A DNA stretch of 64,000 nucleotides, taken from contig JAFGLI010000022.1 of assembly GCA_016928115.1 (NCBI GenBank), positions 560 through 64,559 on the forward strand, given 5' to 3'. Below the pieces are notes generated by a model. The model was given only the letters and a program-made list of their open reading frames with translations. It did not search any database and was not told the DNA's origin. This DNA is from Candidatus Woesearchaeota archaeon (GTDB lineage: Archaea > Nanobdellota > Nanobdellia > Woesearchaeales > UBA9642). Position 1 is the stretch's first letter. Each line of letters starts with the position of its first letter. Both the position numbers and the translations under genes were made by a program. Of the stretch, positions 25,954 to 35,722 are shown in pieces.

Positions 25954-28812
25954 TTAAATTATTTTAACAGGGAATTTGTGATACTCATCATCACCAAAAA
26001 AATCTGTTGGATGACAGCTATATGTTATTTTCCCTCCGCTATAAGTGAAACAATCATTATCCGCCCACCATGCTGTTGTAAAAGGAGTTCTATCACAACC
26101 TTGGCATTCAGCAGCATCTACACATTTAACGCCATTCCAATATTGGCCACTTGGACAGCATCTTCCATAAGTGTCTGGGTCAAGAGGGTTATCTCCCTGG
26201 GAGCAGTAGGCTTCATCATCAGGAGAGGAATATGAAGTATCTCTGACAGCTCTGTTTACACCAGGAGGTTGTTTACCACATACTGCAGATTTCTTGTTTG
26301 TAGAAGTTACTTTTTTATAACAATCCTCATCTCCACAATCTATCTTACCATCATTATCATCATCTATGCCGTTGTTACAGTTTTCTCTAGGGAACCATAC
26401 AGGGTCTGATGAATCATACATATCATACCATTCACTAAATCCTTCAGTCATGGTCTGGACTCTTACAGTCATGGCTAATGCCTTATTATAAAAATCATCA
26501 TTAATGTTTGAAAGAGTAAAGGTTTTTGTACATCTATAAGTATATCTTCCTCCACTAGTGCCTGTGCTTATACAGGGCATTTTATCAGGAGTATCAGTAT
26601 CATAATAGCCATTGAAATAAACAGTATCTGCAGTAGTACTGGTTTCCCATGCCCTTGTTGCTTCACAATTTCCAAAATTACATTCACCTGCCCATATAAA
26701 GGCAGATATATAATCTAAAGTATTCATGGTTGAACTTATATCACATCTTAATGTTACACTTTCACCCGGAGCAAAGAATCCATTAGTAATTGAACAGGAT
26801 TCAATAATTGGTGTCCTATCACAATAACTACCACTATAATCCTTAATCCATCTCCATCTGCCCCCTTCATAAACACAAGTGTAATCATCCAATACATTAC
26901 ATTCTGTTCCACTGTAACATCTTTCTTCACATCCCCTGGTACTATCACAATCTAAATAATCAATATCACACCTGAATGTACATGAGGACCTTGATAATAT
27001 ACATCCTGGGGGAGTAGAGCTTTCACACTGGTCATAATAATCAGGCCAACACATTGGTTGGTCATAAAGCCCTTCACATCCGGACCCGCCGGAAGGGGAG
27101 CCTGTACATCTGCAAGTGCCATCAACACATGAGCAGGAATTTGCAGAATACAAGGAATATTCACAATAATTATTGTAAGGGTTTGCATGAGAATAATGAG
27201 GATTTTTTACATCCGGAACATTTATTTCACAACTGGCACAATCCGTATTCCCTGTACATGGGCCTTCAACAGGAACACCATATATAGGATATATATCCCC
27301 GTAACAAAAACCCTCAAAAGAGTTTTCACAACAGGCAGTTCTGGGAGCTGAAAAGGTTTGCCTGCATGTAATATCACAAGGACTAATGCCATCACAGTCA
27401 GGATCATCACAATCATATAAATTATCACAGTCATTATCTATTCCGTCTGAACAACAATTACCATAATATGAACAAAAATCATTTTCAGTTTCAGTTCCAC
27501 ATCTTCTATCTGAAGTTAAATCACATTCATTCCAGGGTGGACCACCAGCATTAGGCCTTGTGCCTCCACAACCATCTGTAGTGTCACATTCATTATAATA
27601 CTCACAGGAAACACAAGGACTAATGCCATCACAGTCAGGGTCATCACAATCATATAAGCCGTCGCAATCATTATCAGCACCATCATCGCAATTGGTTTCT
27701 GTGGAAGGAACACTTGTTGTCCACTTCCAATCACCACTGTTGGGCTTTACACAAGTATAACCATCTTTATTATTACATTCTGTTCCACTGTAACATCTTT
27801 CTTCACAACCATCATCATAATTATAATTACATTCAAGATAATTATCATTGCAACTGAACTGGCAGTTCCCGCTGTCTAAGTCACAAGTAGGTTTTGTTCC
27901 CCCCCTACAGTCGGGATCCCAATCTCCATCACATCTACATTTTCCACCTTCACACATACATGTTCCAACACGGCCTTGTTCATAATAACAACTGCTTGAA
28001 ACTAAATCAGTATTAGGAAAACCAGGATCTGAACCAGAGCGGCTACCACATGAATAACAGTCATAAGTATTATAACAATTATTATCAGATGCTGAATTAT
28101 AGCAAGAGGTACTGTAAGAATCAGCACAACACACATCATCAACTACAAAGTCTTGCCTGCATCCGCAATTACAATCAGGATCTTCAATACCTGGTTTACA
28201 ATCTATTCTGCCGTCGCAGTCATTATCTACGCCATCACCACAATTGGTTTCAGGGTCTCCCTCCCTATGTTCACAGCCATTATCCCAATTATCATCACAG
28301 TTTTGCCAGCCGGATTGACATTTAACATTTACAACTAAACATCTAAGAGGATCTGCTCCTAAGAGAGGATCAGGCCAATGCCATAATCTATATCTTGTAT
28401 AGCCCTCAGGTAAATGATTAATTACATCATCAGAACACGGACCAGTAAGCACATCGTAACTAACATGAACACCAGATTTTGCAAACGCTTTAGTGCATCT
28501 TGCAGTATTGCCCCCACCAATACAATTACCAATATCACAAGTAAGCAAACTGATTCCTAAGTCTGGGGAAGAAAGTGAATTACACTCGCTCCTATCATCA
28601 TAAAAATAATATCCGGATGGGGTTGTAATCTGGCTCAGACAATCAGATTCTGAACATACCCCACAATCACTCCAACCAGTATAGATTTTAAACAAAGCAG
28701 AATCTCTGCATAACTCTGATCCTGCCGCACTAACAAAACCAATTGAAAACATAAACATAATTATTACAATTATAAAAAACAACATCTTTCCTTTTATTTT
28801 ATTTAATTTCAT
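25954..28812 (-). CDS. Giant secreted cysteine-rich protein with MopE-like putative metal-binding repeats (952 aa)
   Basis: Signal peptide 'MLFFIIVIIMFMFSIGFVSAAGS'. More than 100 Cys residues. Repeated 'G(A/I)DNDCDG(L/R)xDCDDPDCDGISPC' and 'NCNNGIDDDNDGKIDCGDEDC' motifs. Internal duplicated modules 'GCEERCYSGTECN'. Confidence 0.65.
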   Translation of the reverse strand: MKLNKIKGKMLFFIIVIIMFMFSIGFVSAAGSELCRDSALFKIYTGWSDCGVCSESDCLSQITTPSGYYFYDDRSECNSLSSPDLGISLLTCDIGNCIGGGNTARCTKAFAKSGVHVSYDVLTGPCSDDVINHLPEGYTRYRLWHWPDPLLGADPLRCLVVNVKCQSGWQNCDDNWDNGCEHREGDPETNCGDGVDNDCDGRIDCKPGIEDPDCNCGCRQDFVVDDVCCADSYSTSCYNSASDNNCYNTYDCYSCGSRSGSDPGFPNTDLVSSSCYYEQGRVGTCMCEGGKCRCDGDWDPDCRGGTKPTCDLDSGNCQFSCNDNYLECNYNYDDGCEERCYSGTECNNKDGYTCVKPNSGDWKWTTSVPSTETNCDDGADNDCDGLYDCDDPDCDGISPCVSCEYYNECDTTDGCGGTRPNAGGPPWNECDLTSDRRCGTETENDFCSYYGNCCSDGIDNDCDNLYDCDDPDCDGISPCDITCRQTFSAPRTACCENSFEGFCYGDIYPIYGVPVEGPCTGNTDCASCEINVPDVKNPHYSHANPYNNYCEYSLYSANSCSCVDGTCRCTGSPSGGSGCEGLYDQPMCWPDYYDQCESSTPPGCILSRSSCTFRCDIDYLDCDSTRGCEERCYSGTECNVLDDYTCVYEGGRWRWIKDYSGSYCDRTPIIESCSITNGFFAPGESVTLRCDISSTMNTLDYISAFIWAGECNFGNCEATRAWETSTTADTVYFNGYYDTDTPDKMPCISTGTSGGRYTYRCTKTFTLSNINDDFYNKALAMTVRVQTMTEGFSEWYDMYDSSDPVWFPRENCNNGIDDDNDGKIDCGDEDCYKKVTSTNKKSAVCGKQPPGVNRAVRDTSYSSPDDEAYCSQGDNPLDPDTYGRCCPSGQYWNGVKCVDAAECQGCDRTPFTTAWWADNDCFTYSGGKITYSCHPTDFFGDDEYHKFPVKII
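26897..27817 (-). repeat. Intragenic repeat: 35-nt identical cores at 26897-26931 and 27783-27817
   Basis: Both encode the duplicated 'EERCYSGTECN' module of the Cys-rich protein. Confidence 0.6.
27375..27657 (-). repeat. In-frame duplicated module: ~46-nt near-identical cores at 27375-27420 and 27612-27657, 237 nt apart
   Basis: Both encode 'YDCDDPDCDGISPC'. The 79-codon spacing indicates tandem domain duplication. Confidence 0.6.
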
Positions 28813-28818
28813 TTTTTA

Positions 28819-29703
28819 TTATTCCCACACAGCCACTATTAACTTAACGGGCTGCTCATCCAGTTTAACCAGTCTTTTGTATTGTATTAGATTTTTTATA
28901 TTTGATGATGAAAGTTCAACCATGAAATAAGGCTTTATATAAGGAGTGCCTTCACAGCAGTCTAAGTATATGGCATGAGTATCATTGCCAGGAATATTTA
29001 TTATGACAGTAGAGCCTTCTTTCCGGTTCATACATAATTCACTTGCATTTATATAAACTCCCTCATATGTTTCATCAAAGAAATCACAGTCTCCATCATC
29101 AAAACTCAAACCCTGGCAGTCAGGGTTGCACCTGTTCTGTGAATTTGTGCAGTCAGCATGGCATGTTCCATTTGTCAATATAAAATTTTCTGTATTTGTT
29201 CCTCCTGTATTTATCAGAACCTGTTTTATGACAGTATCATAGCCTTCCTTAACAGCCCTTACATAATGGTTCCCGCTTGGCGCTGTAAGCGAATAAACCC
29301 CCCCGCCGTCGCTGTAAGTTTTGTATTCTGAACTGCCTGCAAACAAGGATATTTCTGCTCCTATTATAGCTATGCCCGGGTCAGAATCATCAGAAACAAC
29401 CCCGCTCAATAATCCCATACAATCCGGGTCAGGGCAATTTGAGCAGTCTGCTGCCTTTCCTGTAGATGCGTCCTTTATTTTCTCAGGACAGACACCATCA
29501 TTTTCACCGCAAAATATATAATTATAACTATTGACAGTTTTCCTGTATATTCCGCTGGGATTTGTTACATTTACACATCCGCACCCTGCATCATTATCAG
29601 CCTCAACACCGTAAATGGGGTTCGTAAGTGCGAAAACATAATAAAGAGATGAACATAATACTAAGAATGCGAATATTCCTAAAAAAACCCTCTTTTTTCC
29701 CAT
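28819..29703 (-). CDS. Secreted cysteine-rich protein with carboxypeptidase-regulatory-like domain (294 aa)
   Basis: Signal peptide 'VFLGIFAFLVLCSSLYYVFA'. 'ISLFAGSSEYKTYSDGGGVYSL...HYVRAVKEGY' matches the CarbopepD_reg pattern. About 24 Cys residues. Confidence 0.55.
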   Translation of the reverse strand: MGKKRVFLGIFAFLVLCSSLYYVFALTNPIYGVEADNDAGCGCVNVTNPSGIYRKTVNSYNYIFCGENDGVCPEKIKDASTGKAADCSNCPDPDCMGLLSGVVSDDSDPGIAIIGAEISLFAGSSEYKTYSDGGGVYSLTAPSGNHYVRAVKEGYDTVIKQVLINTGGTNTENFILTNGTCHADCTNSQNRCNPDCQGLSFDDGDCDFFDETYEGVYINASELCMNRKEGSTVIINIPGNDTHAIYLDCCEGTPYIKPYFMVELSSSNIKNLIQYKRLVKLDEQPVKLIVAVWE

Positions 29704-29754
29704 TGTTTCAAAATATGAATGTTATTATTTATAAATTTTTCTTATTAAAATAAT

Positions 29755-30777
29755 TCATTTATCAGGATAAGCTTTTTTGACCAGGTCTTTTTTATTTTCA
29801 AGCCTTTTTCTTACGGGCTTAATTATATCATTTATTTCTTTTGAAACTGCTTTCTTTAAATCAAGCGGGTGTAATTTATGATTCTTAAAATCTTTCTCAA
29901 GTTCAGCATAATCCTTATATATCAAATCCCCACCAAATTTTTTATCCCTTTTTACAATAAACTCATCATTAACCATAAACAGGACATTCTTTACAAACAA
30001 AAGAATCCCGTTATCCTTTGTTTCGCCTGCCTTGCAGTATGACCTGTTTATTTTTTCATCAACCTCTTTTTCTGAATCCAAAAGCCCGATCTTTGAGCCT
30101 GTATCAGAAGCACTCATCTTCCCGCCTTTTAAGCCGGGCAATAAAGGCGTGAAAACGCATGTCGGCTTATTATAGTTCAGTTTAGGCAATATCTCTCTTC
30201 CAAGCATATATATCCCTCTCTGGTCAATGCCTGAAAAACAGACATCGGCCTTCAGGTAAACAGGATCCAGCACCTGCATCAAAGGATATACATAACCTCC
30301 TAATTTAGGGTCATCCTTGAACCTCACAACTTCAGCTGCTGCCCTTCTTGCCCTTTTTAATGTAACCTCTCCCATAAGGTGCAATAAATCCATCTGGTAC
30401 TTCTTATCAAGCTGAAAATCAGAGCCCCTTACAAACTCAAGTTTTTCAGTTTTTATATTCAATGACTCAAGCAAAGCCTTTACTGTTTCCTTATAATACT
30501 CTGCCCTCAGCTTCAACAGCTCCCACGGGCTTTTCATGTCATCCAGAAAAGCATGCAGGTCAGCTATTAAAAACTTAACATTAAACCCTGCTTTAAGAAA
30601 ATCCCCTATCTTAATTATGGGGAATATGTGGCCTACATGTAATTTACCTGTGGGGGCATAGCCTATATAAGCAGAGGGAATTTTCTTTTTCAGAATATCT
30701 TTTAATTCATCATCCTGAACAGTTTCCTCAGTATTCCTTTTTATTAATTCAAACTTTTCATTTAAATCCATATTCAA
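29755..30777 (-). CDS. tyrS: Tyrosyl-tRNA synthetase (archaeal type)
   Basis: 'AYIGYAPTGKLHVGH' (HIGH) and 'KMSAS'. Near-collinear with the M. jannaschii TyrRS as recalled from memory. Confidence 0.88.
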   Translation of the reverse strand: MNMDLNEKFELIKRNTEETVQDDELKDILKKKIPSAYIGYAPTGKLHVGHIFPIIKIGDFLKAGFNVKFLIADLHAFLDDMKSPWELLKLRAEYYKETVKALLESLNIKTEKLEFVRGSDFQLDKKYQMDLLHLMGEVTLKRARRAAAEVVRFKDDPKLGGYVYPLMQVLDPVYLKADVCFSGIDQRGIYMLGREILPKLNYNKPTCVFTPLLPGLKGGKMSASDTGSKIGLLDSEKEVDEKINRSYCKAGETKDNGILLFVKNVLFMVNDEFIVKRDKKFGGDLIYKDYAELEKDFKNHKLHPLDLKKAVSKEINDIIKPVRKRLENKKDLVKKAYPDK

Positions 30778-30968
30778 TAAACCCTCAATAGTGTATTTTA
30801 CTATTTATTATTTAAATATTTTTATTTACCAGCAACCAATAAAACAAAAAATTTAAATATTAGGGATAATAAACAATATTGCTGAAATAAACATTCATTC
30901 AAAAATGACAAATTTCAGGAGGGTTTATTATAAAAAATTAGACTGAATAATAAATATGGTGATAAAAA

Positions 30969-31229
30969 ATGGAAGAAGAGAAAAAATTTTCTAAAAAACT
31001 AATGGGAAGGACTATTGTCAGCAAAACAGGAAAAAGATTCGGTGAAGTCGGGGACATTATATTTGAAACACGTTCCGGAGAACTGATACATCTTGTTGTG
31101 GACAAGCCAACCACATACACTGAAAAACTTCAGCTTGAAAAAAACAAAAACGGAGAGATACTCATACCTTTTTCAGCAGTTATTGCAGTGGGTGACTTTA
31201 TTGTTGTTGCTGAAGAAGAAATTATTTAA
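30969..31229 (+). CDS. PRC-barrel domain protein (86 aa)
   Basis: 'VSKTGKRFGEVGDIIFETRSGELIHLVV' matches the PRC-barrel pattern. Confidence 0.5.
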   Translation: MEEEKKFSKKLMGRTIVSKTGKRFGEVGDIIFETRSGELIHLVVDKPTTYTEKLQLEKNKNGEILIPFSAVIAVGDFIVVAEEEII

Positions 31230-31236
31230 TTTTTTA

Positions 31237-31911
31237 TTATTTGCTTAATATTTCTTTGACATAGTCAAAGTTTTCTTCATATATGTGCGCGGAAGAGGAT
31301 ATAGTTGTAATCTTTCCTTTCTTAAGGCTTTCATCATATTTTTCCCCGTCTATTAGCTTGTCTGCTACATATTCATACAAACACACTAACTGAAATATAT
31401 TTGCGGGCCAGCCTATAAAAAACTCATTGCTTCTTATGAATAATGTAAGATTTAATTTTTTATCCCTTATCATGAAATGAAGATTCATAAGGCTGGGCAC
31501 TGAATCTTTGGACATATCCAGATCAGTTAAGGGATTGAAAAGAGAAATCACGGCTCTTCTTGAGTGAAGGGATTTTTTTAAAAGAGGTATTACCCATGAA
31601 TGTATCTGGTCTTTCCTGTTCTCAAAATTAAATATTCTCGGGCCATATGTAAAGCCGTAAATGCCTGCAGGCTCTTTTTCAATGATTAAATTTTTAAGCT
31701 CTTTTTTATTAGGATAAACCCATTTTTTAAAACTATTTAATATATCTATTGGCTTGTCAGGGTCTTTCAGGGGATTATTTATCTCAACAACCATATTAAT
31801 CAGTTCCTTGAATATCCTGCCGTCATTGTCAGGCAAAGAACTCCCTTTATTAAGAATCTGCTTAAGCCCTTCTCTCCATCCATCCATTATTGTTTCTGAT
31901 TTTATTTCCAT
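31237..31911 (-). CDS. Thymidylate-synthase-like protein (ThyA fold, 224 aa), apparently lacking the canonical catalytic Cys
   Basis: 'SRRAVISLFNP' aligns to ThyA 'RRxIxSAWNP'. 'SNEFFIGWPANIFQLVCLYEYVA' aligns to 'RSxDxxLGxPFNIASY'. At the expected P-C-H position the sequence reads 'VPSLMNLHF'. Confidence 0.5.
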   Translation of the reverse strand: MEIKSETIMDGWREGLKQILNKGSSLPDNDGRIFKELINMVVEINNPLKDPDKPIDILNSFKKWVYPNKKELKNLIIEKEPAGIYGFTYGPRIFNFENRKDQIHSWVIPLLKKSLHSRRAVISLFNPLTDLDMSKDSVPSLMNLHFMIRDKKLNLTLFIRSNEFFIGWPANIFQLVCLYEYVADKLIDGEKYDESLKKGKITTISSSAHIYEENFDYVKEILSK

Positions 31912-31915
31912 TTTA

Positions 31916-33508
31916 TCATTTAATAAAATTTTTTAGTGTTAAATTGGACTCCCTTTTGCTGAAATCATAGCAAAAGAAAGGTATGTTATAGCTTTTGAGT
32001 ATGAAGCTTAATTCATGGATTATCTCTTTAGGATAAATATTCCCTGCCCTGAAAAACCTTATCCTGTCACCCCCGTCAAAAACATTCAGTATTTTTTCCC
32101 TTGTCTTTATGAAATCATTGAACTCCGGCTTCTGAAAATCATTTATGTTGTGCAAGGTTGTTTTTGCGTATGTCCTTTTGCTCAAAAATTCATCGCCGTA
32201 GTTATTAAATATGCTTGAAAATGCAATCCTGAACCTTATTGGTATGCCGCAGCTTTTGAATACAGCTTCCTCATCATAACAGAACTCATTTATTTTCTCC
32301 TTGCAGCTTTTAATTAAATCTATCATAAGTTCCTTCTGCTCTTTCCAGTCATAATTCCAGAACCTTATGTAATTCCTGTTGTACTGGTAAAAGCCCCGAA
32401 TATTGGACTTGTTGAGCTTGTTTATGTCACCGAAAAACTCAATAAATTTTCTTCTCTGGATGGTATTCGCTGAAACCAGCGACCTTGCTATTGACATAAT
32501 GAAATCCCTGAACTCATTATTGGTTTTGTATTTCTGGAAAAACCTGTATACATCAGCAGCAACAATGCATTGTGCACATGCTAATCCAATAAGGGAATCA
32601 TCCTTTTCCTGAGCATATTTCTCCCATTCTTCCCTGTCAAAAACATAAACCCCTGTCTGTCCAAAAAAACAGGGTGAAGGGGATATTCCAGTATTATTTA
32701 TATTTAATTTTATATTTTTTTCATGAAATAGTTCGATTGTTTTTTCAAAAAAATCAGAATAACTATGCAAACTTTTATCATCTATATTAAATATAACTTC
32801 CAGATTATCGCTCCTGAACCTTGAAAATATATCGAGAAAAGCCAAAACCTTGTTTTTGTCATGAATATTATTGAAATTTATTATTATATTAATGCATCTC
32901 CCATAATCCTCTGCATCTATTGCAATCCTCTTTATGAAATCAGTTATTTTTTCTTCAGGATTATTGAAAATAAAATACTCAAAATTATTAAATGCGATTG
33001 CATCATTAATATTTGAGATTGTTTCCTGCATAGCAGAATACAATAAAGAAAGACTCTCAAAATTCTCGCATTCTATTAAAACAGCATTCAGCTTGCTTAT
33101 CCAGGAATCCCCTCCGAACCTCAACAATATATTCTGGCTTTCATATTTTTCCATGGGCATAGAAGGCAAAGAAGTCTTCTTTATAAACACCCTTTTCCTG
33201 TTTTTTTCAATGACATATTCTCCTTCATCAATATTAAGAGAAAAAACCTTCTCTCCCTTGCCCTGGATGCTGGTTACTTTAAGAATATTATCATCAACAA
33301 GTTTGTTTAAATGATAAAGAATCATTCTGTGCAATCCTGCTTTTTGCTTTTTGGCTTTGGCTTTTTCTTCCCTGTCAGTGCTTTTTAATTTTTTTTCTAT
33401 GCTGGCATAATCAGAAGAGAATAATCTGGATATGATTTCATGGGTGGAAATATTCATATTGGGTTCTTTCTTAAAAAGTTCAAGGATTGAATGTTGAATA
33501 TCCCCCAT
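31916..33508 (-). CDS. Large hypothetical protein with N-terminal winged-helix DNA-binding domain (530 aa)
   Basis: N-terminal 'ISTHEIISRLFS...LHRMILYHLNKLVDDNILK' is wHTH-like. The rest is unassigned. Confidence 0.45.
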   Translation of the reverse strand: MGDIQHSILELFKKEPNMNISTHEIISRLFSSDYASIEKKLKSTDREEKAKAKKQKAGLHRMILYHLNKLVDDNILKVTSIQGKGEKVFSLNIDEGEYVIEKNRKRVFIKKTSLPSMPMEKYESQNILLRFGGDSWISKLNAVLIECENFESLSLLYSAMQETISNINDAIAFNNFEYFIFNNPEEKITDFIKRIAIDAEDYGRCINIIINFNNIHDKNKVLAFLDIFSRFRSDNLEVIFNIDDKSLHSYSDFFEKTIELFHEKNIKLNINNTGISPSPCFFGQTGVYVFDREEWEKYAQEKDDSLIGLACAQCIVAADVYRFFQKYKTNNEFRDFIMSIARSLVSANTIQRRKFIEFFGDINKLNKSNIRGFYQYNRNYIRFWNYDWKEQKELMIDLIKSCKEKINEFCYDEEAVFKSCGIPIRFRIAFSSIFNNYGDEFLSKRTYAKTTLHNINDFQKPEFNDFIKTREKILNVFDGGDRIRFFRAGNIYPKEIIHELSFILKSYNIPFFCYDFSKRESNLTLKNFIK

Positions 33509-33546
33509 TTTATTATTGGAGAGTAGTATTAATTTAAAAATGTTTT

Positions 33547-33565
33547 GTTTCAGGACTGTTTCAGG
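33547..33565. promoter_or_regulatory. Direct repeat gtttcagg x2 (33547-33554 and 33558-33565), same half-site as the palindrome at 33660
   Basis: Read directly. Lies in the divergent promoter region between the wHTH gene and the lrp gene. Confidence 0.35.
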
Positions 33566-33659
33566 AAAAATATTGCTTATAATTAAAAAAATAAAGAAAA
33601 TTAACTAAAAAACCGGAAATACTGCGAAAAATCTTATTTCATTATAAAAAATAAGGTTT

Positions 33660-33680
33660 GTTTCAGGAATTTCCTGAAAC
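33660..33680. promoter_or_regulatory. Palindromic candidate operator gtttcagg-aattt-cctgaaac
   Basis: 8-bp perfect arms with a 5-nt spacer, about 80 bp upstream of the Lrp/AsnC gene start. Confidence 0.45.
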
Positions 33681-33761
33681 ATTCAGAAAAAAATAGTAAA
33701 AAAAGTTTTAATATTTTTAAAATAATTATAGAAAAAATAAAAAAAGTTCGGGGGAATAAAA

Positions 33762-34232
33762 ATGGATAAAACAAAAGAATTACTTTTATTGAGCTACTTT
33801 AGAAGGAATGCCAGGGAAACATTGACAAAGATAAGCAAGAAAACAAAGATTCCGGTATCAACAATATTTGATAAGCTTAAAAAATATGAAGGAAATATAA
33901 TAAATAAGCACACATGTCTGATAAATTTTAAAAAATTAGGATTTAATCTTAAAGTGAATATTCTTTTTAAGCTTAAAAAAGACAACAGGGAAGACTTCCA
34001 GGAATTCCTGAAAAAGCATTCAAAGGTAAACAGTGTGTTCAGGATAAACAACGGCTTTGATTATCTTGTTGAAGGAATTTTCAGGGACATAAAAGAGCTT
34101 CAGGATTTCGGGGATGAAACTGAGAAATTTGATATTGCAGACAGAAAGGATTTTTTCATACTTGATGACATTAAAAGGGAAGACTTTTTATCAAAAGAGA
34201 TTCATCTTGAATTGATTGGCCTTAACAGCTAA
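33762..34232 (+). CDS. Lrp/AsnC-family transcriptional regulator
   Basis: HTH 'TLTKISKKTKIPVSTIFDKLKK' followed by a RAM-like C-terminal domain. Confidence 0.75.
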   Translation: MDKTKELLLLSYFRRNARETLTKISKKTKIPVSTIFDKLKKYEGNIINKHTCLINFKKLGFNLKVNILFKLKKDNREDFQEFLKKHSKVNSVFRINNGFDYLVEGIFRDIKELQDFGDETEKFDIADRKDFFILDDIKREDFLSKEIHLELIGLNS

Positions 34233-34265
34233 AAATTTATAAACCTGAAAAAGTTTTGATTATTT

Positions 34266-34994
34266 ATGGAAATAATTAGGGGAATTGATATAATAGACTC
34301 AGGATTATATATTAAGGAAGAAAAAACCCTGATTATTGGAGATATGCATATCGGGTATGAGGAATGCCTGCGTGAAAACGGGTTCTTGTTGCCGAAATTT
34401 AATTTCGGGGAAATGAAAAAAAGAGCGGGAAAGATTATTGATTTAATTGATGTAAAAAAGATAATTATAAACGGGGACTTGAAGCATGAGTTCGGGAAGA
34501 TAAACAAAGATGAATGGAGCAAGATTAAGGATATGATTGATTTTATCAGGAAAAAAGGCAAAGTTATTTTGATAAAAGGAAACCATGATGTGCTATTGGA
34601 TAAGATAGCAAAGAAAAAAGGTTTGAAGATTAATAATTATATCAAAACAGGAGATATATTGATAACCCATGGTGATAAAATTCCCGGTTTGCTGAAAAAG
34701 AAAAACCATATTAAAACAATAATAATAAGCCATGAGCATCCTGCTGTTGTATTGAAGCATGGGATAAGAAAGGAAAAATTCAGGTGCTTTTTAAAAGGAA
34801 AATGGAAAAGCAAGAACCTCATAATTATGCCGGCATTCAACTGGCTTTTTCCCGGAGCAAATCTGCTTGAAGGCAAATTCTTATCTCCTTTTCTCAAAGA
34901 AACAGGCCTGAAAAACTTTAATTTTTATATTGCAGAAAACAAATTCAACAGTGTTTATGATTTTGGCAAGTTGGGGGATTCTGATATTGTATGA
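34266..34994 (+). CDS. Calcineurin-like metallophosphoesterase
   Basis: 'IGDMHIG', 'INGDLKHEFG' and 'IKGNHD' motifs. Confidence 0.65.
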   Translation: MEIIRGIDIIDSGLYIKEEKTLIIGDMHIGYEECLRENGFLLPKFNFGEMKKRAGKIIDLIDVKKIIINGDLKHEFGKINKDEWSKIKDMIDFIRKKGKVILIKGNHDVLLDKIAKKKGLKINNYIKTGDILITHGDKIPGLLKKKNHIKTIIISHEHPAVVLKHGIRKEKFRCFLKGKWKSKNLIIMPAFNWLFPGANLLEGKFLSPFLKETGLKNFNFYIAENKFNSVYDFGKLGDSDIV

Positions 34995-34998
34995 TAAA

Positions 34999-35634
34999 TT
35001 ATTTCTTCTCCTTCTTATATTCAAAAAAAGAATATAAAACAGCAAAAATAACCAATGAAAGAACAGGAATCATAATCAGAAGAACAGAATAATCAGGGAA
35101 GAAAAAGCCAAGAAAAGCTATTAAAGCAGCAATCTTGAAAAGCTTTCCTCCAAGCCTGTTTGTCTTGTTCCATACTTTCTCACTGCTTAAGGTCCAGGGA
35201 GTCCTTATGCCCACAAACCAGTTCATCTTTGCATTCTCTGTTAATACACCTGCATAAAAAAACAAAAGGCCCATGGCAGGTATTAAAAGCCTGTTCATGT
35301 CAAATAAAACATTGAAATTCCATAATATTATAAGAAAATAAATATAAAGCATAAATATAACCATGAAAAGAATAAACAAATCATAATATCTCCTGAATTT
35401 TTTTATATTCCCTTTCAAAGGGTCTATTTTTGGAATTAATAAAAACAATAAAAATAATCCCAAAATAATCAAAGGCAGTAAAAATAATCCCCAGAACTTA
35501 GGCATGTAACCATCCACTTGGCCTTGTGCATTCCAGTGGGAAGCCATCTGCCCAGGCATCCTTGGGTATAAATAAACAGCACTAATAAAAGAGATCAATA
35601 TCAACAGAATTGTGATTATATTTGTTTTTTTCAT
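34999..35634 (-). CDS. SdpI/DUF1648-family membrane protein
   Basis: 'PRMPGQMASHWNAQGQVDGYMPK' matches the DUF1648 N-terminal motif; 4-5 TM helices follow. Confidence 0.5.
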   Translation of the reverse strand: MKKTNIITILLILISFISAVYLYPRMPGQMASHWNAQGQVDGYMPKFWGLFLLPLIILGLFLLFLLIPKIDPLKGNIKKFRRYYDLFILFMVIFMLYIYFLIILWNFNVLFDMNRLLIPAMGLLFFYAGVLTENAKMNWFVGIRTPWTLSSEKVWNKTNRLGGKLFKIAALIAFLGFFFPDYSVLLIMIPVLSLVIFAVLYSFFEYKKEKK

Positions 35635-35722
35635 TATTATTTATCTTATTTCCTGTGTTTATTAATATTTCTGATTTCAACCAAAAAGAATATAAATAAC
35701 AAAAACTATAGAGAAACTGAAA

